From Phoronis australis (taxonomy: Eukaryota > Animalia > Phoronida): a stretch of 64,000 nucleotides of DNA. Under the pieces are notes generated by a model. That model was not told the origin of the DNA. It ran no database searches and saw only the letters and a list, made by a program, of their open reading frames with translations. The stretch spans positions 207,820 to 271,819 of the forward strand of contig NMRA01000556.1 in assembly GCA_002633005.1 (NCBI GenBank), written 5' to 3'. This document shows, piece after piece, positions 1 to 11,500 of the stretch; the first letter of the stretch is position 1, and each line of letters starts with the position of its first letter. The translations under genes were made by a program, and so were the position numbers.

Positions 1-374
1 GAGGGTTCAAATTGGAAGCTCGCGCCGTATGACGTCGTATGACGTAGACGATGCGAGCCTCATTTGCATATATTAGTGACATCTGTTGGTTCAAAAAAGA
101 GGATCATGCCCGAGTACATGCCTGGGAAGAGGCATCTTTTGGAAGGGTAAAACAAGTCATGTTCAAAGCATCCCAGTGCCATTAATATGAAGTCTTTGGG
201 GACAAAAGTGGTGCCATTTTATAGCTAAAGAGTTAAGCTTTCAAACACAATGTTTGGATTCCAGACTACTTTAACATTTACTTTTGAAATCACCTTTGAA
301 AATACGTTAAAATGCGCTAAAACAGTTGTTCCTTCCTGGTTATCTCTTCCTGATGTACTCGTTTTGATTTTCAG

Positions 375-706
375 ACGACTTAGACGACACTCACGTGGTG
401 CTGGATAACGATGCCTACGATTCCCCGGGACATCATATCGGTCATGATCCAGCACAGTTATCTTTGTGCCCGCCAGGAGAATCGCGTGACAAATGGGTTG
501 GCCAGTTCGGACCAGTCTCACCTAACCTGCCGTTCATGGAACACAAACATTCGCCAAACATGGCCATGATGGGACATCCGGCCATGTCGCGTGAGTCTTT
601 GCTTATGATGAACGGACCAATGGGGAGACTTTTGTCACGTGACGAGTGTGACATTTACAGTCAATATCCAGCGACATCCAACTCCGGTCACATAGAAGCG
701 TACTAA
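375..706 (+). CDS. Probable terminal coding exon of a gene starting upstream of the window; low-complexity Pro/Met/His/Gly-rich C-terminal tail of unknown family
   Basis: Acceptor gttttgattttcag ends at 374. A phase-1 open frame DLDDTHVVLDNDAYDSPGHH...SGHIEAY runs to TAA at 704-706. It is GC-richer than its flanks and has no recognisable domain. Confidence 0.6.
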
Positions 707-1139
707 GACTCAGTGATCTTTTGTCTGGATGGAGATTATTCGACAACAAAAATTTAAAGCTTGAAATTTGCACATTTATATAATTCGACTACAATATCTG
801 TAGGTTTCAACATCTTCAACCAGAAATTGTACAGCGGTTACTTGCCGACATGTTCTAATGCCAAGTTTGGCTTCTCTCAACATCATGCGTGTGTACCGAC
901 CAGTCTTGCCACTCGGTAGCCATTCATATGCATGTCCATTGGGTTGAGGAGTGGACTTTTATGAGGTTGCCGGATCAGAAGGCAGATCAGATGTCTGATA
1001 CCAGCGTTAATTATACATGCTGTCTACCGTCGTTGGAGAACGTTGTATAACATTGATATGCAAGAGCATATTCAGTATATGGACGATGTGGGTTTTTGGC
1101 TAAATTAATAACAAGAAACTCAGAACAATTGTTGTCATT

Positions 1140-1683
1140 ATTGTGTATTTACATATGTACATTCCAATGTTTCGATGAAAACCACTTCATCATTCCAAAG
1201 GAAAATATCCAACCACCACAGGCATTTTCACGAGTAACACGAACAACTAAAACAAATCTCACATGTAAAGCAGTCAAAGCTATCCCCAAAGGATGAGCTC
1301 AACTGACCCCAGGTTTCCAATCAGCGAAGCCCCGGCATTCAGATAAACAATGGAAAAGCTCTCATTGATTGCCAATCTGAATCTATTTGTATCATTGTGA
1401 AGAAAATTAGGATTAGCATAATGTATTCCCAAGACTTGTTCCTATAGAGTGAATGATGTAACTAGAGTCAAATATGCCATTGTTGATCTGAATGCCAGGG
1501 CTTCACTGACTGGCAACATGGGGTCGGTTGAGCTCACCCTCTGAGTATAGCTTTGACGACTTCACAAGTGAGATTTGATTTAAATGTTGGTGTTATTTGT
1601 GACAGTGCTTATGGTGGTTGGATATTTTCCTTAAGAATGGTGATTTTCATCGACACGTTGGAATGTATGTAAAAAATGCACAA
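1140..1683. repeat. Long imperfect inverted repeat (fold-back/MITE-like)
   Basis: Arm ~1140-1353 aligns with the reverse complement of ~1477-1683, e.g. aggaaaatatccaaccacca / tggtggttggatattttcct and ggcattcagataaacaatgg / ccattgttgatctgaatgcc. The spacer is ~125 bp. Confidence 0.85.
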
Positions 1684-2551
1684 CTCATGCTGGCAATGAT
1701 TGTGCGCAGTTTTTAATGTAATTCAGGTCAACAATGTGCTTTCATGCAACATGGGCCGTCAGAGACTGCCCACAAATAGCGACATTGGGAAATAGGTTAC
1801 ATGCAGTCTTACGGCAATGCAAATTTGCCGTGAGATTTGGGGTCGGACGATAAGGAGGAAAATCGGAGGTGTGATGAGCGTTCAGTTGTGATTCTACAGA
1901 CGAAGTCTCGGACACGCGATCTGCCTTCTGATTGCAGGGCTTGTGAAAGTTATTTTACATTTAAATGCGCTCTTCAAAACATCAGAATGTGGTTGTACCC
2001 ATGTCGGAATTCATCCGATTACTGATGCTAATTGCATGTTAATGCGTCTGTTTACACATCCTATTTCATTATGTTCTTTTATGACGTAGAGCCCTACAAA
2101 TACTAGTGGCACACGGGTAAGTCACCCAATTATCTGGCTGAGAGGACAAGCAGTTCAAGTTCTTTGAAGAAACGTTAGCATTTACATACGAATTTTCTCC
2201 AAGCCCAATTTTCTTTTGTTTACGGTACTCAATTAATCAGTTGCAATGACGACTAAAAAGGGTTTTTAACGAGAACAAATGAAGCCCGATCCATTATCAG
2301 AATGGGGTAATTAATTACCCGGTCATCATGGTCGCGGCAGGTCACCGTAGCTAAATCACATTGCATGCAATGAATAAAAGATATTTAGGAAAAAAAAACA
2401 AACCTCGTTGCACCAAGACACGGCTTATGATCACCTTTTGAGCTCATGCTGTATGCTATTAGTTTTAAGTAGTAGTGAATAACTGTTATTTTCGTATGTT
2501 TGTTAAAATGATATTTTACATGTCATTATCAGATCTTTATATTATATGTAA

Positions 2552-2657
2552 ATATCCATGATGAATAAATGTATTCAACAAACAAACATTAGTTATTCAA
2601 ACGTAAGAGTTTATAATACCCATGATGAATATACGTATTCAACAAGCGAGCATTAGT
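2552..2657. repeat. Short direct duplication (~41 bp, two copies)
   Basis: ccatgatgaataaatgtattcaacaaacaaacattag recurs as ccatgatgaatatacgtattcaacaagcgagcattag. Confidence 0.65.
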
Positions 2658-2812
2658 AGTGCATACATAAACAGTTTATATGTTATTTAACTAATCCTAA
2701 TAAACAAATGCTTGAATAGGTGAATGGTCTTGCTATGTGGGGAATACGGCGTCCGAGCTATTCATTGTAACGATGTCCCCTGGGAACTTTAAAACATTGC
2801 CAATGATCTCAA

Positions 2813-2867
<55 letters not shown>

Positions 2868-2905
2868 TTGCGTGTGTGTGTGTGTGTGTCCGTGTGTGTG
2901 TGTGT
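2813..2905. repeat. Compound microsatellite (TG)n-(CGTG)n-(TG)n
   Basis: Directly visible; it accounts for the VRAC/HART-repeat ORFs in the track. Confidence 0.95.
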
Positions 2906-4729
2906 GGAAAAATCAAAACTTTGGGCAATTCGGAAGATCCTGTGCAGCTCCAGTTCCGTACAATGCAATATCAAACAGAAATTTTAGCAAATAAAGGCCG
3001 AGCAAGTTTAAAAAATGCCATAACTATTCAATAAATTATATAAAAATCTTTCATATCGGCAGCATTCCATCACCTTCGCCAGCCCATGCAGTTTAACTGT
3101 CCCAGATCTTCATCCCAGAATAAGAATTTATAGTCTGCATAGTCATACACGTAAGCTGCATTTGCTGATTTGGGGGATGGGGGTGGGGGATGTACAAATT
3201 TCGATCATTCCATTTTGTTCAGGCGTTCCACTGTAGCATGTACGATATTAGTAAGCAAGGTTGGGTATTGAGATAAAAATAAAAACAAATCGAATTAGAT
3301 TGATACTAAACATTTCAAATGATCACATTACTGCTTTTTGCCCGAAAAGAACTGCTTTCAGTTTTTAAACATGAGGAGCCTCGAATTCCACTTTTAAGTG
3401 ATGAATACTGCCCTGATATAAATTGTCAATTTTAATTGTTTGTAATGGAGGCAGTGACAGAAAAAAAAAATACAGAATATTCTTTTCATCAAATGTTGTA
3501 GTACAATTCCGACGTACATGTACCTGTAGGCCTAAGCACCTTTTATGCCAAATAGTACAATACGTGCAGTTTGTCCATTTTTGTAAAAGAAAACAGAGGA
3601 TTTTGTGGACAATTGTAAACTTTGTTGAGCAGTAGATGGCGCTGTGAATAGCGGCATCAATCAGTCGCAAAAGTCGCAATATTATCTAAAGGGGGGAGAC
3701 TCTGCGGTAGTGGTGGCAATTGCCTCGTACATTTCTTCCAAAATAATGACAAGTGTGAACGCAGATATTAATCGGTTTAAAATCAGTGGTTGCTGGACTG
3801 TATGGACTTATAGAGTTTAACGACACTGTAATCATTGCATGGCTTTGTTAGACACTTTACAATACTTCCTTTCAAAATTTGTCCTCCTAAATGTTTACAA
3901 AACTTCAGGGCACTTTCCAGAAATCTTAATTGTCAAAACGAGAAATTTGCAGTTGATAAATATAGCGAAATTGAATTTAAAAAAACTTTGAAGGAGCTCG
4001 TTCCGAAGCCTAGGTGCAGTTTTTAAGAAAATCACCCGAGCAGGCCACAAAAGGGAAGTTCTGACATCATTTTAATCAGGATAGTAATTACAGCCAACCA
4101 GAGCGCGGGAACAGTAACCGCCGTTTTGTCCCACAAACATTGGTTGCGAACGATTGCGTATGCGCGTGGGGGAGTTGCCGTAGAGAATAAGAATATACGG
4201 AGAATGAAAGAACGAGATTGCCTTTCAGTGACAAAAGTAGCAACAGACTTCAAGGATAAACAAGCACAACATAACGAAATCACCTTAAATATGGTTCACA
4301 AATATCACACGCGCATGTGCCTTTCAAATGTACTCAAGGTGTCGAAGTTAATTCCCTACCATAAGTTGTGCTACGATATTGCTTAACCAAGCACCAAGTC
4401 TTGTCGTCGAACATAAAGCATATTCCCAAAAAATTACGCTACAGCATCTGTAGAATTGGTCAGACATCCGTGAACGAATCTTATGAATGGGCTAAGGCTT
4501 GATATTGCGGATATGCTACTGCGCGAATCGGTTCCTTTGGTTTCCTCGGACTCGTTTTGATAACCGGCTCTGTTTTATAACAGTTTCAGTGAAATATGAC
4601 CAAACACATTCAGAGAATCTGTTGCTGTATTACGTTTGCAAGCGTCATCCGTCTCATGGGCTAATTGCGCTGCTGTGGGACTGTCACGACAGCGACTATG
4701 TTGGGGGTGGCCTGCTTGCATTTCTCGAA

Positions 4730-5930
4730 ATTTTCCATCCACACAGTTCTTAGCTAGCCGAGATAACGAAGAATCGGTCACGAAGTTTCTGTCCCAATAC
4801 TGGAAATGATTGCTTTCTAACCCAAAGTTCATCCTTTACGGTGTTGCCACTACGTAAATGTTTCAGTCGTTGAACTGTAGTCGTTGATTTTGAATCTGAG
4901 CAGGAAGAAGCCAACATTTGAACTCGCTCGTGCGAATTATGCAATCCAAGTATTTCACGGCTGTCATCATTAAAAGTCCAGACTCTGAGGTTTTGGCGCT
5001 AGGTGTCGCGCTTGCATCACAGTCAATCAACGCACGTGATGTACAAGGGCAGTGCGCATAAATCTCACTAGCGCATGAAAAATATCAAATGGCCTTATTC
5101 ATTCAAGTTCGAGCATCAGAAAAGTGAGCGTTTACTACAGGCTATATCATTGTAACTTTATTTTGGGGAAGGAAGAACTCAAACTGCTAACATACCACTT
5201 AACAGTGAAGTGATATCACCGAATTGGGGAACACTTTAAACTTAGTGAGTGATTGTCCTAAGCGTTAGACCTATTTAGTTAGATTTCATGGTGTTCATGC
5301 GCGCACCCAGACTGAAATATCGGGGGGCTCAAATTTTTGGGTATTGCTGAAAGAAATCAACGAGTACTAAAAAAACGGGGCCACTAGGTTGAGGCTTCCG
5401 GATTGTGCATCCGCGCCGAAATCCTGTGGGCTTTGAGGACTTTTGTCTCGTTTACTCGGACTTTTTCTTTCGCTCAGGCGGACCTTTTTGCCCGATTCGC
5501 CAAAATGGGGCGCTCGTTCGAGTCCTCCGAGCCCCCTGGGTGCGCCCATGGTGTTCATTTCATACTTTCTAAATGAAACCTCAAAAACTAAGGATATACA
5601 TGGGAACTCTTTAAGCACGGCTCTACCACGCTTTTTGCTTTGAAGACGACGCGGATTAAGTGTTCTGAACGTTGATTTGACACGCACCATTTCTGTGTGA
5701 CCATCACTGCGTATCTTGTATGGCCTAGTCAGAACTTTTGTCGTAAACAAATTGTCCCCTAACGAGCCGCAAAAGTACAGTGATTCGTTCTATTCGTTTA
5801 CACCATGCCGACTACCTTGAATGAGTCTCAGAACACGATATCATTTGGAATGCATCGATTTAATGTGGTGCTGTTGCAGCAGTGTCAAGCCAGAACGACA
5901 TGTCCTAGCCTACTACCGGTCGGAATGGCC
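4730..5930 (+). mobile_element. Heavily decayed DNA-transposon coding remnant (Academ-like, XPG/PIN-type nuclease region), interrupted by a MITE
   Basis: Collinear degenerate motifs across stops and frameshifts: FLASRDNEESVTKFLSQYWK (~4746-4806), ESEQEEAN (4892, cf. HEEADT), VIIKSPDSEVLAL (4963, cf. IVRSPDTDV), AFTTGYIIVTLFWGRK (~5128, cf. HAFTGCD..F.G.GK), IWNAS (~5843). Motif matching is from recall, not a search. Confidence 0.5.
5296..5550 (-). mobile_element. Non-autonomous DNA transposon (MITE) with GC-rich TIRs and 5-bp TSD
   Basis: TIRs catgcgcgcacccag / ctgggtgcgcccatg match 14/15. GTGTT flanks both sides (5291-5295, 5551-5555). The ends match the copy at 55233-55405 in opposite orientation. 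Confidence 0.8.
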
Positions 5931-6069
5931 CAATATTGCCTTCCAACAAACCGGAGTGTACAAATCACAAATCGTTCGGGGTCTTTTAAAGCGGCCTTTT
6001 CACACCAATTTGAAGTCGATCTCAAATTGTTCATTAGTGGTCACTACCGGGGCGGTCTCTAAACTTTTT

Positions 6070-8140
6070 ACTCGAAATTAAAATCGAAATTGTGTTTGGC
6101 ATTTTCTACTCTACTTTCGTGCGAACTCAAGATAAGTGACTATTATTCCATGCTCGAGTACATAATGACTTACGTGAATAATTTATTAGTCCTAGTTTAC
6201 AGTTGATAAAGCAAAATTAAGGCCTAAATTTCGACTTTGAACTCGAAATTTCGAGTTTTTACTCGAGTTTGTAGCACGGATTTAAGGGTCTTCAAGTGGA
6301 AACTTCGCACAAAAGGAGCAGAGAAATTGCCAAAAAATAATTTTTAGTTTGTTTCGAGTACAAAGATTAGAGATCGGGACCCGGCTTCAAAAGAACTTAG
6401 CATTTCATATTCCTCTACTCGTTGGCTTGCTACAGCTTGACATCTTAAACGCTGAGCATGGTTCAAGGACTATCAAACGGCCAATTCTTTGCGAACTCAG
6501 ACATCACTTCTTATCTGTGCAGGGCATAATATGGGACACGTACATGTAGCATAGCGGTAAGTACATGTAGTGGGAATTTAACGTTCTATTCTTTGACTTA
6601 ACTAGCGTATGTTTTAACACTTTTCGAAAGTTTCAAATACATGTACGTGTAGCTGAAAACTTATCAGCAGACACTTTTGCCTGTAGGTTTTTCGATAATG
6701 ACGAAGAAAATTATATCCCAAACTTATCTCTAGTGCAAGTTACTGTTGTAGTCACAATGTGAGGTGTAAGTTATTCTGCACTCTTAGTCTTTAAATGTTT
6801 CAAGTGATCCAGCCAATATATCGCTTGTTACGTCGCAAGGTTCGATATACCAGTGTTAGCGGGCGTGAGAGTCAAAACACGTGCATTTTGATAACTGCTT
6901 TTGGCAACACCGGCTTATTCTTCTTGGTCAACAAAATGACTAAGATCTGTCTTTTATTGACAATTTCAACCTTCCTTCGCGGAATTAGCTACGCAGCTGA
7001 TGTTAAATGGAAGCTAGGTGACTTGAACGCTCAACTAGTCGCTCTCACAGCAAACATTTCCAAGGAGTGTGCGTCACTACCTGAAATGCCTTTAACACCT
7101 TNACTCGAAATTAAACTCGAAATTGTGTTTGGCATTTTCTACAGACTCTACTTTCGTGCGAACTCAAGATAAGTGACTATTATTCCATGCTCGAGTACAT
7201 TAATGACTTACGTGAATAATTTACTAGTCCTAGTTTACAGTTGATAAAGCAAAATTAAGGCCTAAATTTCGACTTTGAACTCGAAATTTCGAGTTTTTAC
7301 TCGAGTTTGTAGCACGGATGTAAGGGTTTTCAAGTGCAAACTTCGCACAAAAGGAGCAGAGAAATTGCCAAAAAATAATTTTTAGTTTGTTTCGAGTACA
7401 AAGATTAGAGATCGGAACCCGGCTTCGAAAGAACTTAGCATTTCATATTCCTCTACTCGTTGGCTTGCTACAGCTTGACATCTTAAACGCCGAGCATGGT
7501 TCAAGGACTATCAAACTGCCAATTCTTTGCGAACTCAGACATCACTTCTTATCTGTGCAGGGCATAATATGAGACACGTACATGTAGCATAGCGGTAAGT
7601 ACATGTAGTGGGAATTTAACGTTCTATTCTTTGACTTAACTAGCGTATGTTTTAACACTTTTCGAAAGTTTCAAAATACATGTACGTGTAGCTGAAAACT
7701 TATCAGCAGACACTTTTGCCTGTAGGTTTTTCGATAATGACGAAGAAAATTATATCCCAAACTTATCTCTAGTGCAAGTTACTGTTGTAGTCACAATGTG
7801 AGGTGTAAGTTATTCTGCACTCTTAGTATTTAAATGTTTCAAGTGATCCAGCCAATATATCGCTTGTTACGTCGCAAGGTTCGATATACCAGTGTTAGCG
7901 GGCGTGAGAGTCAAAACACGTGCATTTTGATAACTGCTTTTGGCAACACCGGCTTATTCTTCTTGGTCAACAAAATGACTAAGATCTGTCTTTTATTGAC
8001 AATTTCAACCTTCCTTCGCGGAATTAGCTACGCAGCTGATGTTAAATGGAAGCTAGGTGACTTGAACGCTCAACTAGTCGCTCTCACAGCAAACATTTCC
8101 AAGGAGTGTGCGTCACTACCTGAAATGCCTTTAACACCTT
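6070..8140. repeat. ~1.03-kb tandem duplication (6070-7101 and 7103-8140) separated by one N; probably two haplotypes assembled in tandem
   Basis: The copies are nearly identical, with scattered SNPs and small indels, and the junction is exactly the N at 7102. Confidence 0.9.
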
Positions 8141-8274
8141 ACGTGGATAACACGAAGTATGCTGTGTTGTTGGATCTCGAAGTGGGACTGGCAAAGGCGA
8201 CTTTAAATTACACTGAACAACTTTACAAGCAATGTCAGCGTGCACGGCTGGATAACGTAACATGTATGTATTAA
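7975..8274 (+). CDS. Hypothetical small secreted protein or first coding exon (99 aa if unspliced)
   Basis: ATG in caaaATG context. Signal-peptide-like MTKICLLLTISTFLRGISYA is followed by amphipathic helices with Cys residues. Possible donors at 8257 (GTAACA) and 8264 (GTATGT). A truncated duplicate lies at 6936-7101. Confidence 0.5.
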   Translation: MTKICLLLTISTFLRGISYAADVKWKLGDLNAQLVALTANISKECASLPEMPLTPYVDNTKYAVLLDLEVGLAKATLNYTEQLYKQCQRARLDNVTCMY

Positions 8275-8564
8275 TTTATGACTATTGTGAAAATACCATA
8301 TTCAGATGTATGACTACATGAACATGATCCATGATTTTCTGCCTTTGCCACTCTAATTGCATAAGGTTGCTGCAAAAAGAGGAACATGTAGTGTATGACC
8401 TCTATCGCAACACGTCTACTCCCATGATGTGTTACCGTGCCGTCCGTCTCCATGGAGACTGTAGTTAAATTTTGATAACATGATCCAGCTAGATGGTTAT
8501 GAACTGATTACAGATTTTAAACATGAATGTCACAAATTATCTACACCACGTTTGAGAACCAGAC

Positions 8565-11500
8565 ATGGCTGGGGTGTTCGTCTTAGTCGTTATTACCGTT
8601 TCTTCGTTTGTTGAAGGTCAGGTAGATCAGAGCGTCATTTCCGGTTTGAAGAAACAACTTGACCAGCTAGAAACGAAAGTCAACATACAAGATGACCTCC
8701 TTGTGAAAGCCCATCGGGATATCTATACGTTCAACCAGAAAGTTATAGATCTTGGATCTAAACAGAGTCGCTTTGGTAACTATCCATGGGCAATTTTAAC
8801 AGCGTCATAAGCACGTACAACCTCGCTGTTACAAAAGTGTGCATTTCGAACTGTTTTGCTGACACTATTTAAGGCGCTAGCTGACCTGATTTTCTCCCTG
8901 TTCAACGGGCTTAAACGAAAGTTGAATCACACAATCCACCATCACAAAATCATTCTCACAATTATATTCATTACTGTGATCGTTTTCTACAGTATTTCGA
9001 GCACCAAGTCAAATGACAGGCAAAGGCAATATTTTCATGTGCTATTTTCGACATTGACATTTTAGGGTTGGCTAAACCCAGAATTCCTCAAGTGCTTTTT
9101 AGTTACTGAAGATCTCGACGTTCTTGTTGGAAACGTAAATGTTATCATTCGACTGGTAAGGAGTTACATGAGACCGACTCTATGAGAATGAAACGCCAAA
9201 ATCGATTTCCTTGTTTAGCACGAACGTGGTGATTACCAGTCTAAGTGTACACCTCGAATTGTGCCTACAATCGCACATTTTTGCAGCTCTTGCCACGGTA
9301 TTAATGCGTACTGCATCCACAATGATAATGTAGACGAATCTAATCAATTTTTGACAATGCCAAACTATGAAAATTATTGATAACAGTAATGGACGCTACT
9401 TTAAATCGAGATCACAAGTCTTTATTCCGACAACTAGAGGGCAATGAACTAAACACTGTACATGTATACTGTATGTACTTGTACTGTAGGCACATGTGCA
9501 CTGCAATACGTCTGATCAAGCAGTAACTTCAAGGTCAGCTATAGGGGATCGTACAAGTACAATACCTTAAGGAATGCAAGCATTATTGGCTATAAGACGA
9601 ATTTAAGCGTTACTCACTCCCGATCGTCACTATTATTGTGATGCACACTAAATTAATATGCATGTTTCAGACTTAGTAGGACTTTATCAGAATCAAAATC
9701 AGAAACGTCTATTGTATGTAGGAATTGGCCTCATGAAACAATTCACATTACAACTTTCCAATGATAAAATGTGAGCTCTTGGGACTGTTGCTCTAGAAAT
9801 AGTGCCAGGCTTTAGTTCACAACGATTTTTGAATTTCAAATAACCTACATGTAACTACTCTGGCATCTTTTGCGATCGTCATAAAATTTCTCCATAGATC
9901 ACCAGGTACAGGGCAGTGACACATAGTGCGTTATTGGACAATTATTGTTGTTATTTCACAATTGTCACTCATATGTTGCAGAGTCAATGGTGTCGTCTCG
10001 GCGAGTGCATCAGTACACGTGGCCGGCGCTTAATGATGACAATGACGATGGCGAGCTGACAGTACGTCACTTGGCGATATGCTTTCCTATTCTGCTGTGA
10101 ACAGTAGACGAAAGAATCTCGAAGTAAACCACTGTGATCACCTGCTTCGCTTATAATACGTGGGGATATCTCGTGAAGTGTTTCGTGATCTTGAGTTTCC
10201 GCGAGTTTCTCTCGTCTACAGAACGAACGCTTGAGCTTTGTAATACACTCCCAGTTTCGGAGGTATCCTTGTGCCATTTTTATCGCATCCCTTATTTAAA
10301 AGGAAACTCATGTTTTTGAAGACCAGTTTGGCTCATTTGGCCTATTTGACTTACTATCACCCGTATTTTGAACCTTTTAGTTGATTTCTATCGTGAGACT
10401 CGGAAAATGGAAGTCCTCAAACCGGAAGCTGTGACGTAGTGAGCACGTTCTGAAAACGTTATCCGGTCTTGGTAACGTTTTGCCATTGCACAAGCTGTTC
10501 AAAAGCCTACAGCCTCGTAGATTTTCTATTGTGCACCCCGGTTACATAACAGTATGAGCAATTTGACTGACGCAATAGTGCCAGAAACAGGTAGCCTATA
10601 GGAGAATGCCATGCTCATGCTAATTCAGTGTTTGCTGACAGAAACTGTTGTGAAACAATTCGATTTCTTTACCACGGCCAGGTGTCAGGGAATTTTTATT
10701 TACATTTACATTATTCAAATAATGATTGTCAATGTAAAACTTCTACCGTGACGGCTCTGTGGCCAAAGCGGAAACTGACTTCATTCGCGGCCCTAGACGA
10801 TTAAGTATATTTGCAGTTTCGTGGCTAATTCACCAAAATAATCACGTGCACTTTATTTCTTTAGCTCATTAGTGCTTCTTGACTAGAAGTTTAGTTTCCA
10901 ACTTTGGATGGTTTATGTTCGTGATGTATGATCGGCTTCCGAGCCACTGGCACCGATAACGAGTGGTCCCGCCGGCCGCGACGGGCCTGATCGGGCTCCG
11001 AGCCACTGGTCAGGATAACAATCGTTTTGTGTGTTTAGAACTCAAAATTAACAAGTCTAAAAACACAGATCTAGGTCCTCCTGTCTGTATCTCACGGAAA
11101 AATACTCAGAATTTATCTCCGAACAGACCCCAAACTCCTTCTACGGATCTTATTAGCCTGCCGAACTTTGTAGGCTACGGTGTCTCCAAACACCAATAAA
11201 TCCGCAACAGCGAAATAAAACAACACGTTTTTATAAGAACTCGGTGTATTTTTAAGGGTTTTACATCGAAGTTTGATGATTTATTGGTATTAAACGATGA
11301 ATTCAAGCAACTAAGCTGACACCAGTAACCCGTGTTGTGAACTGCTGAACAGACCGCGTGTGAAACCAATTACGTCATTGGATAATTTCAACACCTCCGT
11401 CTGCCGTCAGGTGTCAGGAAACGCAACCGTACGTGCCCTTATGAAGTAGAACTACTCGATCATTATGCGTCACAGTTCAGGTTTGAAGACATGTTTAGAT

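Noticed and set aside
77-146. Upstream exon joining the 375 exon via the GT at 147
   Set aside because: The frame with the required phase has stops at 74-79 and no good acceptor; not supportable.
2737-3034. Cys/Val/Arg/Ala-rich and His/Thr-rich ORFs
   Set aside because: They are translations of the TG/CGTG microsatellite.
6936-7172. Second paralog of the secreted ORF
   Set aside because: It is truncated at the N junction and identical in protein to the 7975 copy; likely an assembly duplicate.
10930-11020. GPAGRDGP could be the missing collagen exon of the CTHRC1-like gene
   Set aside because: Only 2-3 triplets with no convincing splice sites. It lies inside the C-terminal-domain intron, the wrong position for the collagen repeat, and between two ~30-bp direct repeats typical of repeat DNA.
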